From the IMG/VR virus record IMGVR_UViG_3300050821_013430, positions 124,001 to 188,000 of that record: a stretch of DNA of 64,000 nt, one strand, 5' to 3'. Of this stretch, positions 31,045 through 41,535 are shown piece after piece; within the stretch, counting starts at the first letter, position 1; each line of letters opens with the position of its first letter. The notes under the pieces are model-generated. The model did no database searches and was not told the DNA's origin. It was given only the letters and a program-made list of their open reading frames with translations. A program made the translations under genes and the position numbers.

Positions 31045-31338
31045 TCATCGCGTTAGCGAAACTCCACGCTCTTCTAATATGTGCAAAGCATATTTGATCT
31101 TAGCCGTAAGTAAAGTCTTCGTTTCACGGTAAGAAGCTCCGTATTGTTTTACGTTTTCTTTTGCTGAGGCCAATTGAGTATCGCTTTCTTTGGCCTTTTC
31201 CACCTCATTGATATCACTTTCACAAGAAAGAATTAGCTTTTTAAGCTCATCATCTTTCATCGAAAGGGCCCCCTCTGTAAAAGTAGGCTCCACTTTAAGA
31301 GCATTTGTATATTTTTTAGGAAATATAGTATTTGACAT
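31045..31338 (-). CDS. Hypothetical coiled-coil protein
   Basis: 97-aa ORF with AAGGAG SD. Confidence 0.55.
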   Translation of the reverse strand: MSNTIFPKKYTNALKVEPTFTEGALSMKDDELKKLILSCESDINEVEKAKESDTQLASAKENVKQYGASYRETKTLLTAKIKYALHILEERGVSLTR

Positions 31339-31350
31339 AATTCTTTCTCC

Positions 31351-32592
31351 TTATTCAACTATCTTGCAGGATTTCATTAAGAAATCTATTGTGTATTCAT
31401 TTTTAATTCTCGCCACTAATGCTTCTAAATAACCTCGTTTATTGATATTTTGCGTGATTTCTGATGCATTTTGCCCCATCGAAGTCAATTGTTGTTGAAT
31501 TGTTTCAATACAATCTGCTTCTGAAAGAGCCGCTTCAGGCTCTACTTCCCGCACGGCCTCTAAAATAAAAGAGGTTTTTACCTGTCTTTCGGCCATATTG
31601 ATATAACTTTCCCTATCAATATCGCTCAAATTATCCCATTTCATTTGAGATGATGCGGCCAAATACTGAGCTTCCATAATAATCAACCATTGCGGCACTT
31701 GAAACTTATGACTTTCATACAATCGAGCCAACAATTGATGTGTAAGTGCATTTTTTTCTAACTTAGCTATATCTTGCGATGCTTGGCCATGAATTGCCGC
31801 TCTCAACTCGTCAAAAGAATTGAATCCTGCTTTCTTGGCCAACTCGTCATTGAGTGGCATTGGCATTACTTTTGAGCCAACCTTGAAAGTAGTTACAAAC
31901 TTCAACGTTTTATTAGCGAGAGAAGGAAGAGCTGAGCCCGGCATTTGGAGAACGATTTCACGAGTTTCACCCAATCGCATTCCCAAAATAGCATCATCTA
32001 ATCCTGGCACCTCACTTTTCCCAACAACTAAAAGTTCATCTTTGACGCAAAGATTGGATAACTTTTCATCCCCATCAAAAGCCTCATAATCAACAATAAT
32101 ATGATCGCCTGATTGGACAAAATCAGTTTCGGTAAATAGAACGCTTTCGGCAAGTCTAATTCTTAATTGTTGCATCTGTTGTTCTGCGGTAATTTCAACC
32201 GTGGTTTCCAACTTAGGCTTAGGTAAATCCATCTCTTTATATTGTTGTAATTCAATTACTGGACGCGTTGAAATTGAAAAATCGCATTCAAACTTACCAT
32301 TAGTAAGTAACGTAGAAGAGAATTCCGGCTGACCAAAGGGTTTGAGATTTTTCTCGAAAAGAGTATTACGATACGCCTCGTCCGCGAGAGCGCGTTTTAC
32401 ACCATCATCAATTTCACGTTTGTAGTACATCTTGATTGCATTGAGAGATGCCTTACCAGGACGGTTTCCTGGTACGGGCGCCCTCTTAAATTGTGAAAGC
32501 ACTTCCAATCTCTTGTCCTCAATTAACGTCTTATCACATTCACAATGTACGGCATACTTACAATATTCTAATTCTTTTAGCGCAATTTGCAT
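31351..32592 (-). CDS. tig: Trigger factor
   Basis: VPGNRPGKAS ribosome-binding-loop variant, FKBP domain (GDHIIVDY...VPGLDDAILGMRLGE), C-terminal helical domain. Confidence 0.85.
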   Translation of the reverse strand: MQIALKELEYCKYAVHCECDKTLIEDKRLEVLSQFKRAPVPGNRPGKASLNAIKMYYKREIDDGVKRALADEAYRNTLFEKNLKPFGQPEFSSTLLTNGKFECDFSISTRPVIELQQYKEMDLPKPKLETTVEITAEQQMQQLRIRLAESVLFTETDFVQSGDHIIVDYEAFDGDEKLSNLCVKDELLVVGKSEVPGLDDAILGMRLGETREIVLQMPGSALPSLANKTLKFVTTFKVGSKVMPMPLNDELAKKAGFNSFDELRAAIHGQASQDIAKLEKNALTHQLLARLYESHKFQVPQWLIIMEAQYLAASSQMKWDNLSDIDRESYINMAERQVKTSFILEAVREVEPEAALSEADCIETIQQQLTSMGQNASEITQNINKRGYLEALVARIKNEYTIDFLMKSCKIVE

Positions 32593-32604
32593 AATTATTT
32601 TCCT

Positions 32605-33387
32605 TTACCAGTCTATTTCTCCGTAAATACCTTTTCCGAAACCCTTTGTTCTACCCTCGACACATTGGGATTGAAAATCACAAAAATTACATAATGCGGT
32701 AGGATTGGCGGGAAATTCCTTCTCACCCAATATATCCTGAGCATATTGAATATATTGCTCCTTTACCGCTTTAATTTGAGCAACATCAAACTCAGTAGTA
32801 ATATACTCAAAATTATGACGTAAGAGAATATAAGAAACTCTAATCTTTTCTAAGTCAGGATTATCCTGCAAAATGACATAAGCATATGTCAATAATTGAA
32901 GCCAATCATTTTTGAGATACTTTTTATTTTTTGTACTCTTATAGTCCGCAAGATGTAAAACACCATCCGAATCAATTTGTACTCTATCAATCATTCCAAT
33001 CAAACCGACCTTATCAGTTAAGGGAAACTCAAATTCCTTTTCTACTGCCAAAATATTTGATAGGCCTTTTTCACTTACCAATTTGAGATAACCATTGATC
33101 ATTTCCCAACATTCATCAACCATTTCTTGAGTCATTTTGGGTTTGTAAATGCTTAGGGCAGTCTTGAAAGATTGCCCCATTATTTTATGAAATGGATCGG
33201 ATGAATTGATCCCACCCAAATAATGTTGGTGAAAATCCTCTAAAACTTTATGGACGAATTTGCCAACGATATGATACGTAGCTTCTTTTCTGGGAAGCTT
33301 CAGGATGTAAGCAAAATGAAACTTTTTCTTGCAGTCGCTAAAAGTTTTGTATTTGGATACGGACAAGCGTATATTTTCGTCGGGCAT
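32605..33387 (-). CDS. PD-(D/E)XK exonuclease (Cas4/RecB-like)
   Basis: LSVSK...C, G.FVHKVLE, GMIDRV, DYKS, QLLTY, CNFCDFQSQC. Confidence 0.85.
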   Translation of the reverse strand: MPDENIRLSVSKYKTFSDCKKKFHFAYILKLPRKEATYHIVGKFVHKVLEDFHQHYLGGINSSDPFHKIMGQSFKTALSIYKPKMTQEMVDECWEMINGYLKLVSEKGLSNILAVEKEFEFPLTDKVGLIGMIDRVQIDSDGVLHLADYKSTKNKKYLKNDWLQLLTYAYVILQDNPDLEKIRVSYILLRHNFEYITTEFDVAQIKAVKEQYIQYAQDILGEKEFPANPTALCNFCDFQSQCVEGRTKGFGKGIYGEIDW

Positions 33388-33549
33388 CGATGTATGATAT
33401 ATCCCATACTTTTGAGTGGCAAGGGGTAAGGAAAACTAAGGATACGATTGTTGCACCTGTATGGTTCAATGTCGGGCACTAAGACGTTCATACGCTGGTA
33501 CTCGTAAATTACGGTATATTTGTTTCTACCTATTTTACAAATAAAAGTA

Positions 33550-34566
33550 TTATAGAAATGTATTTCCCTTGAACGGAATCCATTGCATCACCTTCGCTGA
33601 ACCGGAACTTCTTCCATTACCCATTTTAGTTTCTGCCCAAAGATTGGGGATACTTCCAAGAGGAACCTTAGTCTTACTTATTATCCATTTATTTGTCCAC
33701 GTATCTATATAATAATATGTCGTCGTCCCATCCGTTGGATTAAAATGCTGTCGTAAAAAAGTGCCCGAAGGAGGTGGAACCCCATCTTGATTTGTACTAT
33801 AATACAAACTTCCCTGCCGAGTTTTTTGTTCATCTTCTAAAAAGAAAGACATTCGATTGACCGTCACTGGCAAGGATGGATCCGGGGGCTGAGTAAAATC
33901 CTGATATACTACCATCGCTCTTGGGTCAAAGAGCGCGTCGTCCGTGCTGGAAGTCTCTGGTGGGGCTGGTGGGGTCAGCGGAGTGTATTGCGGCAGCGTT
34001 CCGATGCCTCGGCCCATCATACCTTCTGCGTCTTGATCCGAAAGTTGGATTGGAAATCTTTTGGCCGGAATACCGATAAAAGGATAATTTGATTGTGGGA
34101 TGGAGTTGCCATTAGCATCAAAGGCGGTATAATGAATCTTATGAGCCGGGTCATTGACATTGAAACCTGCGTCGCCGGGATTCTTGAATTTTTGTGGGGG
34201 GTGAAGCATAGCCTCAGGATCACCAAAAGGATATGGATCGATTAGTCCTTGCGTACCGTCTGCCTCGGCATTGGTACCTGCGTGCGGAAGACGAACATTA
34301 CCATCTACTTCGTCAGTTTCGTAAATAGTTGTGATAACGGGAGAGGTTTGCGTTCCGTCGGTAGCAAAGACATTGAAAGCAATTGATAAAGCTCCGAGAG
34401 GCAGTTGGATAGGCCCCGTATAAATAGGGGAAAAAAGAGTGGGAGTGCTTCCGTCGAGTGTATAGAATACGGTGCTCGGAATATTTGTAGTCAGAGTGAT
34501 AAACCGCGGAATCCCTGAAACCACTTCTTCCTTAGAAGCGATAATGCAAATACTTAAAACGGTCAT
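33550..34566 (-). CDS. Fn3-like/chitobiase C-terminal domain protein (possibly structural)
   Basis: TVFYTLDGSTPT..SPIYTGPI motif. Confidence 0.6.
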   Translation of the reverse strand: MTVLSICIIASKEEVVSGIPRFITLTTNIPSTVFYTLDGSTPTLFSPIYTGPIQLPLGALSIAFNVFATDGTQTSPVITTIYETDEVDGNVRLPHAGTNAEADGTQGLIDPYPFGDPEAMLHPPQKFKNPGDAGFNVNDPAHKIHYTAFDANGNSIPQSNYPFIGIPAKRFPIQLSDQDAEGMMGRGIGTLPQYTPLTPPAPPETSSTDDALFDPRAMVVYQDFTQPPDPSLPVTVNRMSFFLEDEQKTRQGSLYYSTNQDGVPPPSGTFLRQHFNPTDGTTTYYYIDTWTNKWIISKTKVPLGSIPNLWAETKMGNGRSSGSAKVMQWIPFKGNTFL

Positions 34567-34886
34567 TACATTACCAACTGTAGAAATCGACTACTTTTTC
34601 GAGTCAAACCTTTTTTGTGCGCTAAACGATACAATTTATGAGCTGCACGACGAAAAACTTTTGATAAGGCTAAATGTACATCCTGACCTTCTTGACGGTA
34701 AAGAATCAGTAATCGTTCCGAAAGATCGAGGTATTGAATGTCGGGGCGATCAGATTTACCACCATTTCCGAGATTGATTTTTACTAACTGTTTGACACCA
34801 GCGCTCAATAATAGATGGTAAAATACCATCTCCCCATTTTTTTGGAAAGTTTCAACTAAATCAACCTTTAGGAGGTCGTTTGACAT
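34566..34886 (-). CDS. Hypothetical protein
   Basis: 106-aa ORF coupled to the next gene. Confidence 0.5.
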   Translation of the reverse strand: MSNDLLKVDLVETFQKNGEMVFYHLLLSAGVKQLVKINLGNGGKSDRPDIQYLDLSERLLILYRQEGQDVHLALSKVFRRAAHKLYRLAHKKGLTRKSSRFLQLVM

Positions 34887-34900
34887 ACTAAGATGCCAAA

Positions 34901-35536
34901 TTATAGCCGAATTTGATCTATTTGTTTCGTGAGATTTTCTAAGGTGCTGTTATTGTCTATAACAAGATCAAATTCATCATCTCTGATTTTTTCTTGTTCA
35001 GTTTCGGTACCGTGATTGATAACCTGATCAGTATCACGAAGAAGTCTGATAATAAAGAAACCTTTGGATTTGAGATATTCCATTTCATTGACGAAACGAA
35101 GATCAGTAATGACAAGTGCCTTGATAGGTCTGTATCCACAACCACTAAAATCCTGTAAGATAATAGATCGATCTTCCGAAAGATTTTTGATTCTATTATC
35201 CATATTATCAATCCAAATATCTGACTTATAGGATCGTCCTAAAGTACCGATATCAATGAGCGCCTGACGATAAGTCAGTGGTGCGCCTTGTTTATTGATG
35301 GCGCGGGGAATGATATTATTTCGCAATTTAGAAGGGCCATAGAGACATTTTTTTTCTGCCCATGGAAATAATTCTTCCACCATTCTCTTTATCGGATCGG
35401 CGAAGGCAAGCATATCGTATGGCTCATCTTTTCCTGAACAAAGATGTTCGGCAAGTAAATTAGCGGCAGTATTTTTACCTACGTTCGCCCGCCCCGAAAG
35501 AGCGACTTTTTTCAAATCTTTTCTATTCAAATCCAT
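34901..35536 (-). CDS. Deoxynucleoside monophosphate kinase
   Basis: SGRANVGKNT, AFADPIK, RQALIDIGT, ITDLRFVNE, H.TE, IDNN. Confidence 0.85.
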   Translation of the reverse strand: MDLNRKDLKKVALSGRANVGKNTAANLLAEHLCSGKDEPYDMLAFADPIKRMVEELFPWAEKKCLYGPSKLRNNIIPRAINKQGAPLTYRQALIDIGTLGRSYKSDIWIDNMDNRIKNLSEDRSIILQDFSGCGYRPIKALVITDLRFVNEMEYLKSKGFFIIRLLRDTDQVINHGTETEQEKIRDDEFDLVIDNNSTLENLTKQIDQIRL

Positions 35537-35543
35537 ATGAGCC

Positions 35544-37739
35544 TCATAGAGAAACTATCTTAGCAGTAGAAATCATATTCGCATCTTGTTGAACTAAGAT
35601 GCCAGTTCCAAAACGATCCTTCAATCTATCATTGTGGGTAATAACAAGAATAGTATAATCCTTGGCGAAGAAACGGATGATTTCAGCATAAGTATCCACC
35701 TTAGCCGGAGCAAGGGGGCGATCTACCTCGTCCAATAAAAGTAATTTGATATTAGTGCCCATCATTTTAGAAAGTAGAAATGATAGCCCCATTTTTAGAC
35801 TAAACATCACCATTATTTTCATAGCACTAGATAACAAGCCGTAAGACCTCTCTTTGCCATTCAGATAATATTTGATATCTAAGGTTTCATCTTGTTCCCC
35901 GTCGCTACGGGTTTTTTCGATCTCAAATTTCAATTGGAGGCCCGGCTTCAATTGTCCCAAAAGATTATTAGACTCCAATTGCAAATCATCCAAGATATTT
36001 TGGATAATAAGATTAGGGATACCTTTAGAGCTAAAAGCCTGAGAAACTAATGGATAGGTAGCATACTGAGATTCTAATTCGGTAATCTTATTTTCTAACT
36101 CTCCCTTGAGAGATAAATCTTTTTTCTTATTTTCTAATTGATTTTTGACAACCGCCATTTTATTGGTTATGATTTGTAATTCTTGCCTATAAGCAAGGAG
36201 CTTCCTCTTAGCGGTATCAAATAATGCTTGTATGGAAGCGATTTTTGCTTTCAATTCATCTAATTGATGAGAATTGGCTTGCTGTAATAATTCTTCAATG
36301 GAAGCAAGTTCTGCATTTTTCTTCTCAATACTTTCTAAATGAACATTAAGTAATAAGGAATATTCTTCAAATAAAGACTTTTTAGCAGTCAGTTCCTGCT
36401 CTTTTGTAGATTTGTCTTGCTGATATCTAAGAGAATCCTGTTCGATTTTTTTGATCCGAAGCAAATTTTCATTGATACCCGTGCGTCCAGTTTCAGTAGT
36501 TTTTACTTCTTGCGAAAGAGAAAGAATTTGTTCAGTGATGTCAGCGATTTGCCGATCGATTACGGCTTGGCAAACTTTCCGGTGTTCCTCGGTAAGCGGT
36601 TGTCTGCAATGCTTGCAAACGGCGTCGTTAGGCATTGGAACTTTCAGTTCTTCCAAAATTTGGATTTTATTCTTTCGTTCTGCTTGTAATTGAGATGATT
36701 TTTCAATCAAATTAGAAAGATGCTTTTCTAATTCATCCTTATTAGGCATAGACAAATCAATAATTGGTTTTTTAAGTTTATTCAATTGGTCGGTAAGGTA
36801 CTTAGCGTCTTCCAAGAGCCGCTTCCGTTTAGAGGAAGTAATTGTCTTTTGACCATCCAAATCGGTAATTTCTTTCAATAGACTTGATTTAGATTTGAGC
36901 AAAGATTGTAATTTTAGTTCTACAATATTATATTGTTTAGACGCTTCTACTTGTTCTTGTTGTAAAGCGTCTGCCTTTTCTTGTTGATTATTTATTTCAG
37001 AATTTTTTGAGACCAATAATTTTTCCAATTCGACCTCTTGCTCTTGCAAGGCAGTCAAATCATTAGATGGGTCTCCTAAATTGGTTAGGATCAATTTTTG
37101 TTGCTCTAATTCTTTTAGTAAAGCGGCTGATTTTTTGTTAGCTATTTTTTCTAATTTAGCATACAAAAGTAGTTGTAAACTTTCCTTCAATACTTGCTTT
37201 CTTTTTTCAGGAGGCAAGGCGGGAAGTCCGCCCCTTTCGTCTTCTGAAAAATGTTGAGTATTATTGAATGCTCGATAGGTGATTTTGGTAATTTTGAATA
37301 GATCTTCTTCGGTGTCTTGCGCACGACGACTAGATATGTTTTCCCAAAATAATTTCTCTACTTCTTTTGGCAAAGAAGCTGAATGAGGATTATATTTTTC
37401 ATTTTGATAAGCGGTTCTCTCAAAAAGAGAGAAATCGGGAGTGCCTTTTTTAGTACGAGAGCGGGAAACTCTATATGTTTTCCCATCAATAAAAAAGTCA
37501 AAAATCACTAAACATTTTTCGGTACCATCTCGGATTACTTCTTCCAAATTGGCATCACGCACCTCATTAAAAAGTACATATTCAATAGCCCTAAATATTG
37601 TACTCTTACCCGCTCCGTTGGAATCTAATTCATTGCCATCGATGCTTCCCATTATGAGTGCTAACCCAATAGATGATAAATCCAATTCTGTTTGGACAAA
37701 ACACATAAAATTTTCAATGTAAAGATATAACGGCTTCAT
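35544..37739 (-). CDS. sbcC: SbcC/Rad50-like SMC ATPase
   Basis: NGAGKST, coiled coil with CKHC Zn hook, LSSA signature variant, LLLDEVD, ITH. Confidence 0.9.
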   Translation of the reverse strand: MKPLYLYIENFMCFVQTELDLSSIGLALIMGSIDGNELDSNGAGKSTIFRAIEYVLFNEVRDANLEEVIRDGTEKCLVIFDFFIDGKTYRVSRSRTKKGTPDFSLFERTAYQNEKYNPHSASLPKEVEKLFWENISSRRAQDTEEDLFKITKITYRAFNNTQHFSEDERGGLPALPPEKRKQVLKESLQLLLYAKLEKIANKKSAALLKELEQQKLILTNLGDPSNDLTALQEQEVELEKLLVSKNSEINNQQEKADALQQEQVEASKQYNIVELKLQSLLKSKSSLLKEITDLDGQKTITSSKRKRLLEDAKYLTDQLNKLKKPIIDLSMPNKDELEKHLSNLIEKSSQLQAERKNKIQILEELKVPMPNDAVCKHCRQPLTEEHRKVCQAVIDRQIADITEQILSLSQEVKTTETGRTGINENLLRIKKIEQDSLRYQQDKSTKEQELTAKKSLFEEYSLLLNVHLESIEKKNAELASIEELLQQANSHQLDELKAKIASIQALFDTAKRKLLAYRQELQIITNKMAVVKNQLENKKKDLSLKGELENKITELESQYATYPLVSQAFSSKGIPNLIIQNILDDLQLESNNLLGQLKPGLQLKFEIEKTRSDGEQDETLDIKYYLNGKERSYGLLSSAMKIMVMFSLKMGLSFLLSKMMGTNIKLLLLDEVDRPLAPAKVDTYAEIIRFFAKDYTILVITHNDRLKDRFGTGILVQQDANMISTAKIVSL

Positions 37740-38929
37740 TCTTTTCCGGTCAAAAATTCTTGATATATTTCCCTAGAAAGTGAAATAAAATTATCTTGTT
37801 TGTCCTTATCTACAAAGGCATCGGAATACATTTTGATGCTTGACGAAACGTCCATACTAACGTTGATAATTTTTTGGCTTTCTGATTGTTTGATTAGAGC
37901 AATCTTTTTAGACTGTGAAATACCAGCAACGCTAAAAACTCCTTTTTGGTAGAGAAGTTTCTCTATTAGAGAACGATCTACATCCAACAAATCTATTGAG
38001 ACTAACTGAATTTCAACTTTGACAATAGCCTTATCTAGATCGGTATGTTTTTCAATTTCTTCTTTTACGAATTGAGTAGTATCTTTAGTATTCTCCGGAA
38101 TTAAAATATTGATCTTTCTTAGGGAGCGGGTAGGGATTAGAATTTCTTGAAAAAATTTGGGATTGGATGAATCGATCAGTACCAATATTTTCTTTTGGTC
38201 TGTCTCCCCAAAATTAGAAATATCCATACTGCCGATATGAGCTACATAAGGTTTGCGAGACATCACTTGCGGTTTATGCACGTGGCCCATCCAAACATAA
38301 TCATATCCAGTAAACATCTCTACTGGGCAAAAAAGTTCATTGGACAAATCATCGATTTCATCACCGACCGGAATAGATCCCTCGATGGCTAAATGTCCCA
38401 CTACAATTTTAGTGAAAGGCATTGGGATCAATGATAATTCATAAACCAAATTATCTTGAAGAAGAGCAATAGCCGCAGCATTAGAATCTACATTGAAAGA
38501 CTTACGATCTCTGAACGGAATTAGAGTAAAAGCAAGACTGTCGATGAAAATTGTATCGATCGAATTATAGACATTGATATCTTCCATTTCGCACTCAGTC
38601 AGTACATCCAGCGGCGATGTATAGAAATTTCCACTGCGAAGCAGATCGTGATTACCAACTATGATATGTAATTGGATTCCATTGGCTTGACATTTCTTTA
38701 CCCATCCAATAAATAAGGCAAGTAAGGAAGGATGTGGTTTGGGATCCTCGAAAATATCTCCGGTAATAATAACGTGTGAGGCCTGATGTTCAATGGCCTG
38801 CTCTAAGGTATAATCCAATAAATTAGATTGATCAATTACACGACTATTGAGAGCCGAACCAATAGTGGCACGAGATAATACTGACGATTTACCAATATGC
38901 GGATCACCAAGAATTATGATTTTAGACAA
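37736..38929 (-). CDS. sbcD: SbcD/Mre11-like nuclease
   Basis: GDPH, TGDIF, GNHD, GHVH motifs. Confidence 0.9.
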   Translation of the reverse strand: MSKIIILGDPHIGKSSVLSRATIGSALNSRVIDQSNLLDYTLEQAIEHQASHVIITGDIFEDPKPHPSLLALFIGWVKKCQANGIQLHIIVGNHDLLRSGNFYTSPLDVLTECEMEDINVYNSIDTIFIDSLAFTLIPFRDRKSFNVDSNAAAIALLQDNLVYELSLIPMPFTKIVVGHLAIEGSIPVGDEIDDLSNELFCPVEMFTGYDYVWMGHVHKPQVMSRKPYVAHIGSMDISNFGETDQKKILVLIDSSNPKFFQEILIPTRSLRKINILIPENTKDTTQFVKEEIEKHTDLDKAIVKVEIQLVSIDLLDVDRSLIEKLLYQKGVFSVAGISQSKKIALIKQSESQKIINVSMDVSSSIKMYSDAFVDKDKQDNFISLSREIYQEFLTGKE

Positions 38930-39530
38930 GTTGTTCTTGCAGCCTTTCTATCAGACTTTTTAGAGCTTCATTATCCAAACGATGTTTCGTATTCATCTGA
39001 TCAAACACTTGTGTTAGTTTTTCAATTCGAGAAATGACGTCTGCATCATTTTTGTTTATCTGAATCAGATTACGAATAGTAGAAGAAAAATTCACCAGTA
39101 ATTGTAGCCTTTCATTTTGACTAATTTGTACAATACTCTCAAAAAGATCATCTCCTTCGGAGATCAAATCGAGAATCTTATAGGCAGCTTTGGCAACTGG
39201 AATATCTTCCAAATTAATTACCAAATCAATTGGGCTACGACCCGTCTTACAACCAAAACACCAAAAACTATTAGTTTCGGGATAATACCAAAACGAAGGT
39301 GTACTCTCTTTTCCTCCCTTATGCTTTGAGAGGGGACAAGTAATTTTACGATTATATTGATCTAAATGAAGTCTGTAATACTTGAAAAGAACGGTAATAG
39401 GAACTGAATTTGCTTTACAAATTAGCTCTTTATAGTGCTGTTTTCTTGTAATAGTTGCCTCAGAATCTGAATTTTGGTTTCGTGTCGAGCCGTAGCTACC
39501 ATATCCGGTTGTATCTGATAATGCGAACAT
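38922..39530 (-). CDS. Stand-alone CHC2 zinc-finger (primase zinc-binding domain) protein
   Basis: CPLSKH...ESTPSF...FWCFGC. Confidence 0.8.
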   Translation of the reverse strand: MFALSDTTGYGSYGSTRNQNSDSEATITRKQHYKELICKANSVPITVLFKYYRLHLDQYNRKITCPLSKHKGGKESTPSFWYYPETNSFWCFGCKTGRSPIDLVINLEDIPVAKAAYKILDLISEGDDLFESIVQISQNERLQLLVNFSSTIRNLIQINKNDADVISRIEKLTQVFDQMNTKHRLDNEALKSLIERLQEQLV

Positions 39531-39607
39531 AATTGTGAATAATTACTAAATTTTTCTTTTTCTTCAGTGATTAGGGCTAAAAGGCGTTCTTTAGTTAACA
39601 TCACCAA
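39422..39607 (-). CDS. Small hypothetical protein overlapping the start of the CHC2 ORF
   Basis: 61-aa helical-looking ORF that fills the gap after 39610. Confidence 0.35.
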   Translation of the reverse strand: MVMLTKERLLALITEEKEKFSNYSQLCSHYQIQPDMVATARHETKIQILRQLLQENSTIKS

Positions 39608-39609
39608 GC

Positions 39610-40095
39610 CTATACATCTAATTTATTGGCGTCAATCGTTGAAACTGATTTTTTCATTGCCAACAATTCCGTTTCCATTTCTTTCATTTTTCTAGTCAAT
39701 TGTTCTAATGTATATTCTAAAAAATTATTTCTATCTCGAAGAGTTAATAATTGATTCATTACTAACGCCTCAATCCCAATTGAACCCATACCATCTTTTT
39801 CATATTCATCGGTATTGATGTCAATAGCCAACTGCATTAGATTGGTAATAATTTCTCGTTCTAATTCCCTGGACAAAACATTTCTGTTTTGCGGCAAAGT
39901 AGCATCATTCATAATACGACGGAAATCAGTAGCCAATTTGAGCGCGCGGTCATTGTAAGAATTGAGCGTTTCATTGACTTTTTTAGCTTCTGCCTCAAAT
40001 TCCTTTTTGGAAGGAGTGGTGGGCAAAGCATTAGCAATCGATGCGTCGTTATTGATTTTTAGTCCCTTCTTAGGGCTTTTTTTATTATCGTCCAT
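39610..40095 (-). CDS. Hypothetical coiled-coil protein
   Basis: 161-aa ORF. Confidence 0.55.
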   Translation of the reverse strand: MDDNKKSPKKGLKINNDASIANALPTTPSKKEFEAEAKKVNETLNSYNDRALKLATDFRRIMNDATLPQNRNVLSRELEREIITNLMQLAIDINTDEYEKDGMGSIGIEALVMNQLLTLRDRNNFLEYTLEQLTRKMKEMETELLAMKKSVSTIDANKLDV

Positions 40096-40354
40096 TTATG
40101 GCCTTACTTTTCTCTGAAACAATAATATATTTGCCTTCAGTCTCAAAACTGAGCTTATCTCTCATAATTTCTTCTAATAGCGGCAAAGCGGATCCTGTAT
40201 TACAAACAAGATACAAACGATCCGTCTCTACTTGTAGAGGGGAAAAGAATTTAGAAACTAATTGATCGGGAAGAGCAAATAAACCTAAATCAACATTTTT
40301 GATTGATTCCCAAATTGATTCTGATTTTGTGAGTGTTTTTTCTTGATCTGTCAT
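40085..40354 (-). CDS. Hypothetical protein
   Basis: 89-aa ORF, coupled to its neighbours. Confidence 0.5.
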   Translation of the reverse strand: MTDQEKTLTKSESIWESIKNVDLGLFALPDQLVSKFFSPLQVETDRLYLVCNTGSALPLLEEIMRDKLSFETEGKYIIVSEKSKAINGR

Positions 40355-40677
40355 TGTATTACCTTATTTGTTTTGTTATATATCTTCTCAAAAACATCTT
40401 TGATCTCATTTGTAGAATGAGTACCAATTATTTGTTTCAATTTTTTACCTTTTCGATTAAATAATAAAATTGTTGGTAAAGAATCTATTTTATATTTTTT
40501 GATTAGAGTTGGAAAATTAGATAAATCTAAAGCAAAAAAACTAATTGTTGGATATGTTTTTTCAATTATCGCTAAAGAACTTATGAATTTAGTATGAAAT
40601 ATTACCTCCGCTGTATAAAAATACAACGCATTGATCTCAGTCAATTGAACTTCTGATGAATCGGTAATAAAAATCAA
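40351..40677 (-). CDS. Thioredoxin-fold protein lacking CxxC
   Basis: LYFY...LIKKYKIDSLPTILLF..GK thioredoxin pattern; no cysteines. Confidence 0.65.
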   Translation of the reverse strand: MIFITDSSEVQLTEINALYFYTAEVIFHTKFISSLAIIEKTYPTISFFALDLSNFPTLIKKYKIDSLPTILLFNRKGKKLKQIIGTHSTNEIKDVFEKIYNKTNKVIQ

Positions 40678-40681
40678 TCAT

Positions 40682-41248
40682 TTACCTGCCACAACATTTC
40701 TTGTATTTTGTTCTATTGCCAGTTATTGGATTTATTTTTCCACAATAGCAAGGATCATTTGGCCCTAATTTCACTTCTATCTTCTCTGCTTTACGAATAA
40801 CTGGAGCCGCTCTATCGAACATCAACACTTGATTGAGGTGATCTAATTCGTGTTGGATGCAAACAGCCAACAATCCGGTAGCAACAAAATTGGTAGGAGC
40901 CATAAGATTATCGGATACATGTACTTCTTGATACCGAAGCGTGTTCTCTGCCCTTGAGGGGAAGCTCAAGCAACCCTCTCCCTGCACCATTACCTGATCG
41001 TAGCCGTGCTCAATTTTAGCATTGACTAAATCTAAATTCAGATCGGGGTAGCCTTTATGACCTAATCTAACAATGGCCATCTTTTTAGGGATGCCCACTT
41101 GCGGCGCGGCCAAACCAATTCCAAACCTACCTAATCTATTAGAGTTGTCTAACTCGGCCTCTAACACCATCCGAATGGTGTCGATTTCATCTGGCAAAAC
41201 TTCTTCGCACTTGACGCGCAGTAATTCTTCATTATTGGTGATAATCAT
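40682..41248 (-). CDS. def: Peptide deformylase with C-terminal SEC-C motif
   Basis: GIGLAAPQ, EGCLS, QHELDH; GPNDPCYCG...KYKKCCG. Confidence 0.93.
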   Translation of the reverse strand: MIITNNEELLRVKCEEVLPDEIDTIRMVLEAELDNSNRLGRFGIGLAAPQVGIPKKMAIVRLGHKGYPDLNLDLVNAKIEHGYDQVMVQGEGCLSFPSRAENTLRYQEVHVSDNLMAPTNFVATGLLAVCIQHELDHLNQVLMFDRAAPVIRKAEKIEVKLGPNDPCYCGKINPITGNRTKYKKCCGR

Positions 41249-41296
41249 TGATGTAATACTCCTGCCCTCACTATATCGGGACAGTCTACAGCCTAA

Positions 41297-41509
41297 TCAT
41301 CGGCCACAAGAACTGCAACCAAATTTTCTATTAGAAAAAATTGAAGCACCGGCCGGATTGATTTTCTTTAGGCAGGCGCTGCATAACTGATTGGTAGAGG
41401 AACAGGCATCGCAAATAATTGACAAGGCCCAAAGCACCGCCCCCTGGCATCTGAGACATGATTTGTTAATGGGAGTCATGGCCAATTTGGAACAATTAGA
41501 GCAAAGCAT
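41297..41509 (-). CDS. Cys-rich small zinc-finger protein
   Basis: Five CxxC pairs in 70 aa. Confidence 0.55.
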   Translation of the reverse strand: MLCSNCSKLAMTPINKSCLRCQGAVLWALSIICDACSSTNQLCSACLKKINPAGASIFSNRKFGCSSCGR

Positions 41510-41535
41510 TTCATCTAATATTCTTACATATTGGT

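Noticed and set aside
32605-33387. CRISPR-Cas system (Cas4-like gene, TnpB as Cas12)
   Set aside because: No repeat-spacer array or cas1/cas2 seen; both are common stand-alone phage genes.
39422-39530. Programmed frameshift joining the 61-aa ORF to the CHC2 ORF
   Set aside because: The 109-nt overlap is real, but no canonical slippery heptamer was found.
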